Notes: generated by a model not told the origin, from the letters alone. A DNA stretch of 64,000 nt from Ignavibacteriaceae bacterium (GCA_023231105.1 JALNWB010000001.1:18276-82275), one strand, 5' to 3'. Positions 8,956-17,513 are shown, counted from the stretch's first letter. Numbers and translations: made by a program.

Positions 8956-9732
8956 ATGCGGACAAAAGAATTCGACCAAGAAATAGTTGAGCTTATCAAG
9001 AAGCACACTCCCTTTCGTGAAATAATGGAAAAATACGGCTTCAAGAGCACTTCCAAAATAGCAAGGATAAAAGCGGAGTACATTGATGAGCCAAAGGGGA
9101 AGAAGACGCGCAGGTCCAGACCGATGAAGCAAGCGCACAAGAATAAACTTAGCCTTACGGCAAATGCTATTGCCATAACGAACAAAAGTGAAATAATTGT
9201 AAACAACGTAATTGATATTCTTGCGGGGATGAGGTACAGTGTGCTTAATCTTGAGAGCATACAAGGTGAGCAGAAAGAGAAAAGCGAAAATGTTGTAAGT
9301 GAGCTGCAAGAGTTGAACAAGAAGGTTGATACTTTCTTGGATTGTGCGACCGAGGTTAGCACAGAAGCGGGAATGATTGAGCTACAAAAAGAAAAGGATG
9401 CACTAAACAAAAGGATAGGACAGGCAATAGCTGAAGCGGGAAACTTTTATGCAAGAGATACGCTGCGGATAAAAGCAATTGCGGAGTTGAGGAATCAGTT
9501 TAAGGCATTTGTGGATTTGGAAATTGTAGCTAAGGGGCTAACGCAAGTTAAGGAAGTTTTAGACACACTATTTATAGCAATGCAAGTATTATCAGACGAC
9601 ACTTATGTTAGATTTAGAAACAGAGCAATCGAAATTAACGCCGTGGTTAGAGAGTTATTCGCCCAAAACGAAGAGAAGGTGGCAGAACGAAGAGAACCAA
9701 CGGAAGTACACATTATCGATACAAACGAGTAA
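8956..9732 (+). CDS. putative small terminase subunit (HTH plus coiled-coil), by position
   Basis: An N-terminal HTH-like segment is present (IVELIKKHTPFREIMEKYGFKSTSKIARIK), followed by a long helical region. The gene lies immediately upstream of TerL. The functional call is positional only. Confidence 0.35.
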   Translation: MRTKEFDQEIVELIKKHTPFREIMEKYGFKSTSKIARIKAEYIDEPKGKKTRRSRPMKQAHKNKLSLTANAIAITNKSEIIVNNVIDILAGMRYSVLNLESIQGEQKEKSENVVSELQELNKKVDTFLDCATEVSTEAGMIELQKEKDALNKRIGQAIAEAGNFYARDTLRIKAIAELRNQFKAFVDLEIVAKGLTQVKEVLDTLFIAMQVLSDDTYVRFRNRAIEINAVVRELFAQNEEKVAERREPTEVHIIDTNE

Positions 9733-9772
9733 AAACACAATTTACCGGCGCGATGTTGGTGAGGTTGCGGAC

Positions 9773-11629
9773 GTGATTTCTTTCCTAAGAGAATTCTTAG
9801 GGAGAGAGCCGGGCAAACTTCAGCGAGAAGCTTATCTTGCCGTTTGGGGGAACGATCCCTCTGTATGGGATAAGAAATTTCACGAAATAGTGTTGCTGGT
9901 TGGAATGAAGGGAGGGAAGAACTATTGGGCTGAGGGTGATATTGCTTACGCAACTTACAGGATAAGCTGTTTAGAAAATCCACATGAATATTTTGGAGAA
10001 GTTACGGGATCATTGGTGCCGTATCCTCCGGAAAAAACCTTTGATCTTGTGAACGTTAGTATGGTAAACGAATTACAAGCAAAGCGAGCGTTCTTTGAAA
10101 GTGTGAAAAATGTACTGAAGCTAACAAAAGACCCGAAAACGGGAGATAATTGGTTTGAGAGATACGCCGGGCTAGACCTTCGGGAACAGTTTGGAGATCT
10201 GAAAAAGAAAGAAATAGTTTTCCCGGTAAAGAAGAGCGGAGGAGGAAGCATAAGGCTTTTATCTTATAACAGCAGCAAACAAGCGCCGGAAGGAATACAC
10301 ATGCTTAGGGGTTATGCAGACGAACTTTCGCGAGCAGAAACAAAAGTAACTTACGCGCAGGCGGAAGGATTGTTGGAGCTTCTTTTAGGCAACACAAAGG
10401 CAAGTTTTCCGGGCAACATAGGGAAAACAATGGAATGGGCTTATCCGAACGAAACAGATTTTGATTTAACAAACTACCGGTTTGAACTTTCACAAGAGTT
10501 GGACGAACAAGGGAAGTTAAAGAATCCCGACATGTATGGAATGAAAGCCACAACCTGGGATTTTAACCCGGCAAGAACGAAAGAGATGTTTGAAAAAGAA
10601 TTCAGGACAAATCCATTACGCGCGAATTGCCGGTTTGGTTGTGTTAAGCCGATAAGCAAGGATAATTTTTACCAGCCGTATTCTTTTAAACTAAAAGAAG
10701 CTGTTGACACAAGCATAAAGAACAAAATTCATTACAAACCGAAGAAGGTTTACCGAAAATTAGACAACGGGAACACAAGCACGTTTTCAAGTATTGAAGT
10801 GCTGAAGATTGAAGGGGACAAACGCGAAAGATGCCTTGCGTATGACGCGGGGAAAACAAAGGATAGGTTTATTATCGGTTTGGGGTACGGTGAAACGATT
10901 GACGCGAAGAGGATGGAGTTGTTTATCGATTCAGAGATTGAGGTTATTCTTACGAACAAAAAGCCGGTAATTGATGTACTTGTAATAATCGAACCAACGC
11001 CAGGTTGTCCGGTTGATTATCTTAAAATAGGCGATATCCTTTCAATCTTCTTAAAAGCATTCCCGAACATAAAATCCGCAAACAGTGATCACTTCCAGAA
11101 CGAAAAATTAAGGCAGGAGATAATTGCCAAGGGGATTGATGCACAGACTTACAACTTCAGCAATAAGCAGCAAGTGAAGCTTTACGAAATGGTAAGGTGG
11201 AATACTTGGAATAACAACATTGCTATTTGTGGAGATGATGAAGAGACGCACAAAGTACAAATTCTTTTAGTTAAAATTTCTCCCTCCGGACTTTGGGTAT
11301 TGGAAGGGGAAAAGCTTATGAACTTAGGAAATAAAATCGATCACCCGGCGGGATACAGCAAGGATGTGCAGGACGTTGTAGCAATATTAAACCACGATAT
11401 TATGGCGCTTGAGACGCAAGGAGTAGCAGGCATGGCAGATGGAATAGACGGACTGAGTGAAAGCAAGTTGCGGGAACTTGCAGAGCGGTTTATGGATATT
11501 AAGAGCGACTTATTAAGGGAAGAAGTTGAACCGGACAAGATGCTGAAGATGATAGCGGAAAAGATGAATCTTGACTTGCGGCGCACAGTAAAGTTAGCCG
11601 AATATGTAAGGGAAATTTATGATTATTGA
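9773..11629 (+). CDS. terL: terminase large subunit
   Basis: A Walker A-like motif (VLLVGMKGGKNYWAE) and a Walker B-like motif (LRGYADELSRAE) are present, and the size and position fit TerL. The start is ambiguous. The open frame begins with an ATG at 9605, which would overlap the upstream gene by 128 nt. A GTG at 9773 follows a GTGAGG SD-like site. Confidence 0.7.
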   Translation: MISFLREFLGREPGKLQREAYLAVWGNDPSVWDKKFHEIVLLVGMKGGKNYWAEGDIAYATYRISCLENPHEYFGEVTGSLVPYPPEKTFDLVNVSMVNELQAKRAFFESVKNVLKLTKDPKTGDNWFERYAGLDLREQFGDLKKKEIVFPVKKSGGGSIRLLSYNSSKQAPEGIHMLRGYADELSRAETKVTYAQAEGLLELLLGNTKASFPGNIGKTMEWAYPNETDFDLTNYRFELSQELDEQGKLKNPDMYGMKATTWDFNPARTKEMFEKEFRTNPLRANCRFGCVKPISKDNFYQPYSFKLKEAVDTSIKNKIHYKPKKVYRKLDNGNTSTFSSIEVLKIEGDKRERCLAYDAGKTKDRFIIGLGYGETIDAKRMELFIDSEIEVILTNKKPVIDVLVIIEPTPGCPVDYLKIGDILSIFLKAFPNIKSANSDHFQNEKLRQEIIAKGIDAQTYNFSNKQQVKLYEMVRWNTWNNNIAICGDDEETHKVQILLVKISPSGLWVLEGEKLMNLGNKIDHPAGYSKDVQDVVAILNHDIMALETQGVAGMADGIDGLSESKLRELAERFMDIKSDLLREEVEPDKMLKMIAEKMNLDLRRTVKLAEYVREIYDY

Positions 11630-11957
11630 TGGACAAGTTAAAATGAGAGAGAAGCGGATTTGTGAATATCCGCCGTGTAATAACGAGGTAACATCTCCAA
11701 ACAAAGCGGTAACACATTGCTGTTGTGAATGCGGGTGTGCTCACCGATTGTTGAAGGTGAAGAACTGTAAACAATGCGGAGGGGAAATTGATAGGAAGGG
11801 ATTTATCTGTAAAAAGTGTTTTAGGGAAAATGACGAAGCGCAGCATAAAAAGGATAATGCAAAAAGAGGGGGGAGAAAGAAATCTGATTTTGAAAAGAAG
11901 TATGAAATCCCCTTACGGCATGACATAGTTGCGCGAGCGTATGGATGGGTGAGCTAA
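11619..11957 (+). CDS. Cys-rich zinc-ribbon protein
   Basis: Multiple CxxC-type pairs are present (CEYPPCNNE, CCCECGC, CKQCGGE, CKKCF). Confidence 0.5.
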   Translation: MIIDGQVKMREKRICEYPPCNNEVTSPNKAVTHCCCECGCAHRLLKVKNCKQCGGEIDRKGFICKKCFRENDEAQHKKDNAKRGGRKKSDFEKKYEIPLRHDIVARAYGWVS

Positions 11958-12017
11958 GAAGAAAATTATAAATGTTAATATATGATTTATCTTATATAAT
12001 AACTTTGAGGAAAATAT

Positions 12018-12161
12018 ATGTTAAGTTTGAAACTGAAATATAAAATTAAATACTACTACACAAAGGTTTGCCATTTGTTAGGCTTTTGCCCAAAGTGTTT
12101 TACGAATGTTAATTATACGCAAAGCGGCAAAGCTATTTGTCCCAAAGGATGCAAGTATTGA
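12018..12161 (+). CDS. possible small Cys-rich ORF (47 aa)
   Basis: An ATG-to-TGA ORF lies in an otherwise non-coding AT-rich gap and carries CPKCF...CPKGC. It has no clear SD, so it may not be expressed. Confidence 0.2.
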   Translation: MLSLKLKYKIKYYYTKVCHLLGFCPKCFTNVNYTQSGKAICPKGCKY

Positions 12162-14041
12162 GAAATATAATATTACAAGGGAATGTACTCGAAAGGTTGA
12201 AAGATATGGAAGCCGGAAGGGTACACTGCATGATAACTTCACCACCTTATTATGGAGTTAGAAATTACGGAACACAGCCGCAGATATGGAAGCCGGAAGG
12301 GTACACTGCATGCGGCGAACATGAATTTTATGAAGGGGAAAAGAAACATAATTTAGGCGGATGCAGCAGCAAAAGCACATTAAGGGATACCCCCGGACAA
12401 AAGGCAAAAGAGAATTGGGCAAAAGGTGTTAGTTGTGAGCATGAGTTTGATAATAGTATTTCTGTAAAAGACAAAGCGCAGAAAGATTTTTCAAAAAGCG
12501 GATTGAAGAATGACGGAAGACCGGAAGAAAAGAGAATAGCCACACTAATAAATTCCAAATATCATACTTGTGAACATGAGTTTGAAGAGAAAACAAATCA
12601 ATTAGCTGAAGGGAAAATTGGGGCGAAGACTACTTTAGATTATGGCAACGCTAAAAACAACAATAATTCTTACGCGACTAAAAAGAAAGAATATGTTTCC
12701 GGTTTCTGTTTAAAGTGCGGTGCATGGAAAGGGGAACTTGGACTTGAACCAACGCCGGAGCTTTACATAGAACATGTTGTACAAATCTTCCGTGAGATAA
12801 AAAGAGTATTGAGAAAGGACGGTACGGCATGGTTGAACCTTGGCGATAGTTATTGGGGAAGCGGAAATGCAAGCGGGCACACAGAAGAAACTGAAAACTT
12901 TGGACTGAAAACCGATAGTTACGGCACAACCAAAGGGCATACCACAAAGAAACATACCATTTTAAAACCAAAAGATCTGATAGGAATACCCTGGAGAGTT
13001 GCAATAGCTTTACAGCAAGACGGCTGGTGGTTAAGGAGCGATATAATTTGGAGCAAAAAGAACCCGATGCCGGAGAGTGTAACGGATAGACCAACAAAAG
13101 CGCATGAGTACATATTCTTGCTTACGAAAAGTCAAAAGTATTATTACGACGCAGAAGCGATAAGAGAAGAACCGGCGAGTGGTCCAAGTGATTTGAAAAA
13201 GATGTATGAGCAGAAAGATAGGATTGGAGGGAAGACGCTTAATGCTGATGACCCGTTGTATAAAGCAAATATGTCAACCAATATAGGACAGAAACGTGGA
13301 GTTGGTGATCCTTCGGGAAGGAATAAGCGGAGTGTTTGGGAGGTAACCACAACGCCGTTTGCGGAGGCGCACTTTGCTACATTTCCTCAAAAGCTGATTG
13401 AACCTTGCATACTTGCCGGAACGAGTGAACGCGGAGTTTGTGCGGAATGCGGGAAGCCGTATGAAAGGATTTTGGAGAAAGTTTCTAAAAGAGATTTCTT
13501 GAAAGATGCAGACAAACAATACCGAAGCAGAGCAACCGAGCATCAAATAACGCCGAAAGATCAACCGAACCGAGGTTCGGTTGATAGGGTGACAAGTGTT
13601 AATGAGGATACAGAACAAAAAATGCGGATGTATAACAGCAAGTACAATGAAGCGGAGACGGGGCAGCAGCTTAACGCATTTATGAGGGAACAAACCATAG
13701 TTGCAGAAAGAGATGAGAGCAGAATTGAAGCGGAGGAGTTGTACCCGGGTGATCCTTTAATGCAGAAAAAGTACATAAATTATATTCACGAACACGGGCA
13801 GCTAAGAAAAACCAAAACAATAGGCTGGAAGAAAACTTGCAAGTGTGAGACGGACAAAGTAAAACCGGCGATAGTGCTTGATCCTTTCTTTGGTGCCGGA
13901 ACAACCGGTTTAGTTGCGCTGAGGAGCGGAAGAAATTTCATAGGGATAGAGTTGAACGAAAATTACATAAAGATTGCTGAGAAAAGGTTAGCTCCATTTA
14001 TGCTAAACTTGTTCGATCAACCGGAAGAGGAGGCAGCGTAA
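12149..14041 (+). CDS. DNA methyltransferase, N6_N4_Mtase (beta-class) type with SPPY motif IV and large Cys/His insertions
   Basis: Motif IV is VHCMITSPPYYGVRNYG and C-terminal motif I is VLDPFFGAGTTGLVALRSGRNFIGIELN. The conserved core LGLEPTPELYIEHVVQIFREIKRVLRKDGTAWLNLGDSYWG is present. SPPY is the motif usually linked to N4-cytosine enzymes. I prefer the ATG at 12149 over the TTG at 12137. Confidence 0.85.
   Translation: MQVLRNIILQGNVLERLKDMEAGRVHCMITSPPYYGVRNYGTQPQIWKPEGYTACGEHEFYEGEKKHNLGGCSSKSTLRDTPGQKAKENWAKGVSCEHEFDNSISVKDKAQKDFSKSGLKNDGRPEEKRIATLINSKYHTCEHEFEEKTNQLAEGKIGAKTTLDYGNAKNNNNSYATKKKEYVSGFCLKCGAWKGELGLEPTPELYIEHVVQIFREIKRVLRKDGTAWLNLGDSYWGSGNASGHTEETENFGLKTDSYGTTKGHTTKKHTILKPKDLIGIPWRVAIALQQDGWWLRSDIIWSKKNPMPESVTDRPTKAHEYIFLLTKSQKYYYDAEAIREEPASGPSDLKKMYEQKDRIGGKTLNADDPLYKANMSTNIGQKRGVGDPSGRNKRSVWEVTTTPFAEAHFATFPQKLIEPCILAGTSERGVCAECGKPYERILEKVSKRDFLKDADKQYRSRATEHQITPKDQPNRGSVDRVTSVNEDTEQKMRMYNSKYNEAETGQQLNAFMREQTIVAERDESRIEAEELYPGDPLMQKKYINYIHEHGQLRKTKTIGWKKTCKCETDKVKPAIVLDPFFGAGTTGLVALRSGRNFIGIELNENYIKIAEKRLAPFMLNLFDQPEEEAA
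12202..12312 (+). repeat. perfect 31-bp direct repeat (two copies, 80 bp apart) inside the SPPY methyltransferase gene
   Basis: AGATATGGAAGCCGGAAGGGTACACTGCATG occurs at 12202-12232 and again at 12282-12312. The 80-nt offset places the two copies in different reading frames. Confidence 0.95.
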
Positions 14042-14475
14042 TGGGAAGGTTTAGCGGATGGACAGCGGGAGCAGTTGCAAAATTGCAAAATAACAAGATT
14101 GAAAGATTTGATGATAAAGAGAGTACGATTAAGATTAGGATTAAGAAAAAGGATGAGGAGGATGTTATCGGGAAAATTGTTTCGGCTTTGAGCGCAATTG
14201 GATTTAAGGCAACAAGGGAATATAAGTTTTTGAGGGACAGAAGGTTTCGCTTCGACATGGCATTACCGGCACATAAAATTGCATTTGAATTTGAAGGAGG
14301 CGTATATAGCCAAGGAAGACATGTAAGAGGAAAAGGATACACCAATGATTGCAAAAAATATACCTTAGCCGCGATGGAAGGATGGACATTGTTAAGATAT
14401 ACGGTTGATGTTACCAAGGAAAAGAATTATGAGTACCGGATAGCTGATGATATTAGGAGGCTGATTGAAAAGTGA
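14041..14475 (+). CDS. Vsr/DUF559-like (PD-(D/E)xK superfamily) endonuclease
   Basis: RFRFDMALPAHKIAFEFEGGVYSQGRHVRGKGYTNDCKKYTLAAMEGWTLLRYT follows the D...E-x-E/G...H...D..K...GW.LLR pattern of Vsr/DUF559-type nucleases. Its ATG overlaps the methylase stop codon (TAATG). Confidence 0.55.
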   Translation: MGRFSGWTAGAVAKLQNNKIERFDDKESTIKIRIKKKDEEDVIGKIVSALSAIGFKATREYKFLRDRRFRFDMALPAHKIAFEFEGGVYSQGRHVRGKGYTNDCKKYTLAAMEGWTLLRYTVDVTKEKNYEYRIADDIRRLIEK

Positions 14476-14806
14476 CGGCGACATACTGTTTTTGCGGATA
14501 AAAAATGTTGCTTTGCAGAATCCGCAACGGGATGAGGAGTTTAAGGATTTGGTTAGAGAGCAAATACCGGGGAGTGAATTTCATCATGTATTTACAAGTA
14601 CGGTAGGGATGAAGAGCACGGATTTATTGGGTGTAGCGGTAAGACCGGAAGATCACAATGAAAACCAAACGAACCGGGATTGGTTAATTGAGAAGATCCC
14701 GGGAGCAATAAGAAATTTAATAATGTATGTAATTAAGCTGAAGAAGGAAATTATTCAATTTAAAAAGGAGCTGAGAGATGAGCGAAATAAAAAATCCGTT
14801 GGGTGA
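14465..14806 (+). CDS. hypothetical protein (degenerate HNH/DUF968-like His motif)
   Basis: A TTG start follows AGGAGG. The pattern GSEFHHV...GMKSTDLLGVAVRPEDHNE resembles DUF968/HNH-like arrangements only loosely. Confidence 0.4.
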   Translation: MKSDGDILFLRIKNVALQNPQRDEEFKDLVREQIPGSEFHHVFTSTVGMKSTDLLGVAVRPEDHNENQTNRDWLIEKIPGAIRNLIMYVIKLKKEIIQFKKELRDERNKKSVG

Positions 14807-15008
14807 AATAATAAGTGATGAGCAGTTTGAGCAATTGCAAAAGAAAGGAGTGCTTGATTTTATTGCGATAAGAAATATCGGAATAAGAAAAGAGTATTTC
14901 CGGTTACGTGAGTTAAGAATAAACTCAAATGCATGCATTGAGTTATTGATGGATGAATACAAGTCGTTAGCCTTTGAAACGATAAGAAAGATCGTGATGA
15001 ACAAATGA
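14778..15008 (+). CDS. small HTH protein, Mor-like transcription activator candidate
   Basis: IRNIGIRKEYFRLRELRINSNACIELLMDEYKSLAFETIRKIV follows the RN..I..eF...g.....eLa.eY.lS...I..I pattern of Mor/C-type phage activators as I recall it. Confidence 0.35.
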   Translation: MSEIKNPLGEIISDEQFEQLQKKGVLDFIAIRNIGIRKEYFRLRELRINSNACIELLMDEYKSLAFETIRKIVMNK

Positions 15009-15484
15009 AAGAAAGATTAGACATAAACGCGGAAAAGATTTTAGAGGAAGCCATAGAGATAGCTGAGGGCTTGGCTTGCGGTTATAGCAACGAGAGCGGC
15101 GATGCTATGAGCACTTATCTTAGTGTGTTGGTTACTTACCTTGCCCGTTTGCCGAAGATGGAAGCAGACGCGGAGTACTTAATGAATTACAGCAAGGGAG
15201 ATTATGGAGATACGGAAGCGAAGAAGCCGAAAAAAGATCAGTTGATGGCTACACATTTTAAGGAAGTAATGGGGAGAGAGGTAGCTGTTTATGCAAGGGT
15301 TTACAAATTTATTTATAGACTAAATAAAAACATAATTGAGATACAGAAATCTGTAATAACGCAGCTTAGTTACTTAAAATCAACGATGCCAAGGAATATT
15401 AATGAAAGTGAGTTGATAAAGAAGATAGAGGGCTTAACTCGGGAAGTTTCGGCGCTGAAGAAGTGGAAAGAAGAAATACTTTAG
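15005..15484 (+). CDS. hypothetical protein
   Basis: It is coupled to the upstream gene by a 4-nt overlap. Confidence 0.5.
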   Translation: MKERLDINAEKILEEAIEIAEGLACGYSNESGDAMSTYLSVLVTYLARLPKMEADAEYLMNYSKGDYGDTEAKKPKKDQLMATHFKEVMGREVAVYARVYKFIYRLNKNIIEIQKSVITQLSYLKSTMPRNINESELIKKIEGLTREVSALKKWKEEIL

Positions 15485-15486
15485 TT

Positions 15487-15507
15487 GAAAGTAGAAAGTA
15501 GAAAGGA
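15487..15507 (+). repeat. tandem heptamer array, GAAAGTA/TTGAAAG type (3 units), intergenic
   Basis: The units are GAAAGTA GAAAGTA GAAAGGA, just upstream of the ATG at 15515. Confidence 0.8.
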
Positions 15508-15514
15508 AAGCAAG

Positions 15515-15751
15515 ATGTGTGTAATGGTTTACAAGGGAGAGGAAGTGATTGGAACGGTGGGAGAGTTGAAAAAGGAGTTCCCGGATGTGCCGTTAATTCT
15601 TTGCAACGGTTATGAGAATAGTGAGGTGAGGGATGAGTATTGTTTGTGTCCGATTGACCTGGACAAAATGTTTAAGGGCGCGGGGATAAGTTTTAAATAC
15701 GATTATGATTATGATTATACCATTTTAAATAAAGTAGAAGAAATAAAATGA
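15515..15751 (+). CDS. hypothetical protein
   Basis: I prefer the ATG at 15515 after AAAGGAAAG. The TTG at 15485 in the ORF track would translate the GAAAGTA heptamer array. Confidence 0.45.
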   Translation: MCVMVYKGEEVIGTVGELKKEFPDVPLILCNGYENSEVRDEYCLCPIDLDKMFKGAGISFKYDYDYDYTILNKVEEIK

Positions 15752-16146
15752 AATTTGGTATTGAGATAGTTTTAAGCATTACACATAAGAAATTAATAAC
15801 AAGTATGGACAATGTTTACAAGATATTGAACTATATGCTTGATGATAATCTATTTACACACCAATTACCAAGAGCCGCGCGTTTTTGCAAAAGTTTTGTT
15901 ATTGCCGAGCATCCACAATTAGACGAATGGAATGATTTTAACGAACAGATAACTTCTGAAAATTATAAAGAGTATGTTGAAAAAGCCGAAACAATGTTTG
16001 GTAAGGAATTAGAAATATCAAAAGTGCCAGGAGGTGTTTGGACTTTAAAAGATGCGGTTGAAGAACTTGAGGGAATGGTCCCCAAAGAAAAAATTATAAG
16101 TATAAAGATTGAAGATAAGTCCAATAATAATATTTGCTTAAACTAA
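15748..16146 (+). CDS. hypothetical protein
   Basis: It is coupled to the upstream gene by a 4-nt overlap. Confidence 0.5.
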   Translation: MKFGIEIVLSITHKKLITSMDNVYKILNYMLDDNLFTHQLPRAARFCKSFVIAEHPQLDEWNDFNEQITSENYKEYVEKAETMFGKELEISKVPGGVWTLKDAVEELEGMVPKEKIISIKIEDKSNNNICLN

Positions 16147-16161
16147 AAATGAAAGTGAACA

Positions 16162-16356
16162 ATGAAGAAAAAAGAAGATCCGGTTTATTTGTTGCAGGAG
16201 GCAAGAAACGGGCTTTATGTAGCAGAGTTAGGGCATACAACGCAAGCAGTTTATGGTAGAAGGTTTACGGAAAAGGAAGCGGAGAAGTATTTGAGAAAGC
16301 ATCCTGAGGGTTATGAAAAGATATTGGTGCGGGAATGGGAAGAGGGGCATCTTTAG
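16162..16356 (+). CDS. hypothetical protein
   Basis: A short ATG ORF within the operon. Confidence 0.45.
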   Translation: MKKKEDPVYLLQEARNGLYVAELGHTTQAVYGRRFTEKEAEKYLRKHPEGYEKILVREWEEGHL

Positions 16357-16359
16357 ACA

Positions 16360-16530
16360 ATGGGTAAGGCGGTAAGAAAAAGAATGTGTACCGGGAAAAA
16401 AGTTTATAAAACTTTCTTTCAGGCTTTTGTGTATGCATGTAAATATAGTCAACGTATTTATCGATGTCCATTTTGCAAAAAATATCATTTGTCGTCAAAA
16501 GATACATGGATACCGAAAGTAAAAAAATAG
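16360..16530 (+). CDS. small zinc-ribbon protein (56 aa)
   Basis: It is not in the ORF track because it is under 60 aa. The sequence MCTGKKVYKTF...RIYRCPFCKKYHLSS resembles the small C..K.Y...A....R.YRCP.C..YHLTS phage protein family I recall. Confidence 0.4.
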   Translation: MGKAVRKRMCTGKKVYKTFFQAFVYACKYSQRIYRCPFCKKYHLSSKDTWIPKVKK

Positions 16531-16542
16531 AAGGACTAACAA

Positions 16543-16845
16543 ATGAAAATCAATGGAGAAGAGATAAATGTTTTGGAGGAGGGGAAGGAAAGTTTGTTGG
16601 ATGAGACGGTGAATAAGTTTTTTGTGATCAAGAAGTTTCTACAGGAAAACAAACTACCGCCGCATGAGAGTAATTATGTCAAATACTTTAGGGAAAATTA
16701 TAAGTTAGAGTTTGATGTTGAGGAAATGATTGAATTCCGTTCTTTTTGTGAAGAGGATTACGCGGGTTGGAAACAGTCGCAGATAGCAGATGAATTTGCG
16801 CGGGGAGGATCGTTTGTGGACTTAAAAGGTATGGGGCTTGAGTAA
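16543..16845 (+). CDS. hypothetical protein
   Basis: An ATG ORF with AAGGA upstream. Confidence 0.5.
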   Translation: MKINGEEINVLEEGKESLLDETVNKFFVIKKFLQENKLPPHESNYVKYFRENYKLEFDVEEMIEFRSFCEEDYAGWKQSQIADEFARGGSFVDLKGMGLE

Positions 16846-16862
16846 TTCCGCCAGAGGCGGAC

Positions 16863-16897
16863 AAGTAGGAATTGTCAATTAGGAATTAGGAATTAAA
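16863..16897 (+). repeat. tandem heptamer array, AATTAGG type (5 units)
   Basis: The units are AAGTAGG AATTGTC AATTAGG AATTAGG AATTAAA. Confidence 0.85.
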
Positions 16898-16913
16898 ACC
16901 AAAGGAGAACAAT

Positions 16914-17210
16914 ATGGAAAATCTATTATGGCAAAAAGAAAAACCAAATTACGCTTGCGTATTCTTAACAAGATACAACGGCGAATATAATCTTTGGAAG
17001 TTCGTTTGGGAACCCGGAGAACCTCCCGAAACTGAACACGATGAAGAAAGTAGATATTATTATTTAGCGTGGACAGATAAAGACGGCGATACTTGGGATG
17101 ACATTGAAGAATGCACTTATGATGAATATCTCGTTTTAGAAAAACTTCCAACGATGGAACAAGTGCACGAACAGTACATTGAATCTTTAAAACAAAATAT
17201 TGATTACTGA
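16914..17210 (+). CDS. hypothetical protein
   Basis: AAAGGAG lies 7 nt upstream of the ATG. The gene follows an AATTAGG heptamer array. Confidence 0.5.
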   Translation: MENLLWQKEKPNYACVFLTRYNGEYNLWKFVWEPGEPPETEHDEESRYYYLAWTDKDGDTWDDIEECTYDEYLVLEKLPTMEQVHEQYIESLKQNIDY

Positions 17211-17222
17211 GAAGGAAGGATT

Positions 17223-17438
17223 ATGAAAGAAAATGGCAAATATTATCCTATAGAAAACGGATTAATCCCGTTAAAAGGTGGAAAGTGTTTTGAATATAAC
17301 TTACAAACCGAACTAACAAGAGAAAAATACCAACGTACTTTAGCAGCTACCATTATTTCGTCTTGCGAAATTATTTGCGAGAGAGACAATCCCATCCCTA
17401 CCCTTCCCCTTATCAAGGGGAAGGAGAATGAAAGTTGA
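17223..17438 (+). CDS. hypothetical protein whose C-terminus is encoded by a hairpin element
   Basis: GAAGGAAGGA precedes the ATG. The last roughly 15 codons (PIPTLPLIKGKENES) are read through the CCTTCCCCT/AGGGGAAGG hairpin, so the 3' end may be fortuitous. Confidence 0.35.
   Translation: MKENGKYYPIENGLIPLKGGKCFEYNLQTELTREKYQRTLAATIISSCEIICERDNPIPTLPLIKGKENES
17402..17424 (+). repeat. CCTTCCCCT-TATCA-AGGGGAAGG hairpin (family copy 1, inside ORF 17223-17438)
   Basis: A 9-bp perfect stem lies 18 nt upstream of late element copy A. Confidence 0.6.
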
Positions 17439-17476
17439 ATTTTCAACCCTTCGGAGAATAAATAAATAACTAAATC
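17436..17476 (+). promoter_or_regulatory. late regulatory element copy A (TTCAACCCTTCGGAGA-N12-CTAAAT)
   Basis: The core lies at 17442-17457 and CTAAAT at 17470-17475, 38 nt upstream of the portal ATG. Confidence 0.6.
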
Positions 17477-17513
17477 GGATTGTTAGTTTGTTAATATATA
17501 GGAACTCATCACA

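Noticed and set aside
12149-14041. I considered an intein or a group I intron as the explanation for the long insertions in the SPPY methylase.
   Set aside because: No intein splice-junction motifs (Cys/Ser...HN-Cys/Ser/Thr blocks) or homing endonuclease motifs are visible, and the frame is continuous. The inserts look like Cys/His-rich elaborations known in this family.
16847-16861. A hairpin TCCGCC-AGA-GGCGGA lies after gene 16543.
   Set aside because: It has only a 5-6-bp stem and a 3-nt loop with no U-run, so it is too weak to call a terminator.
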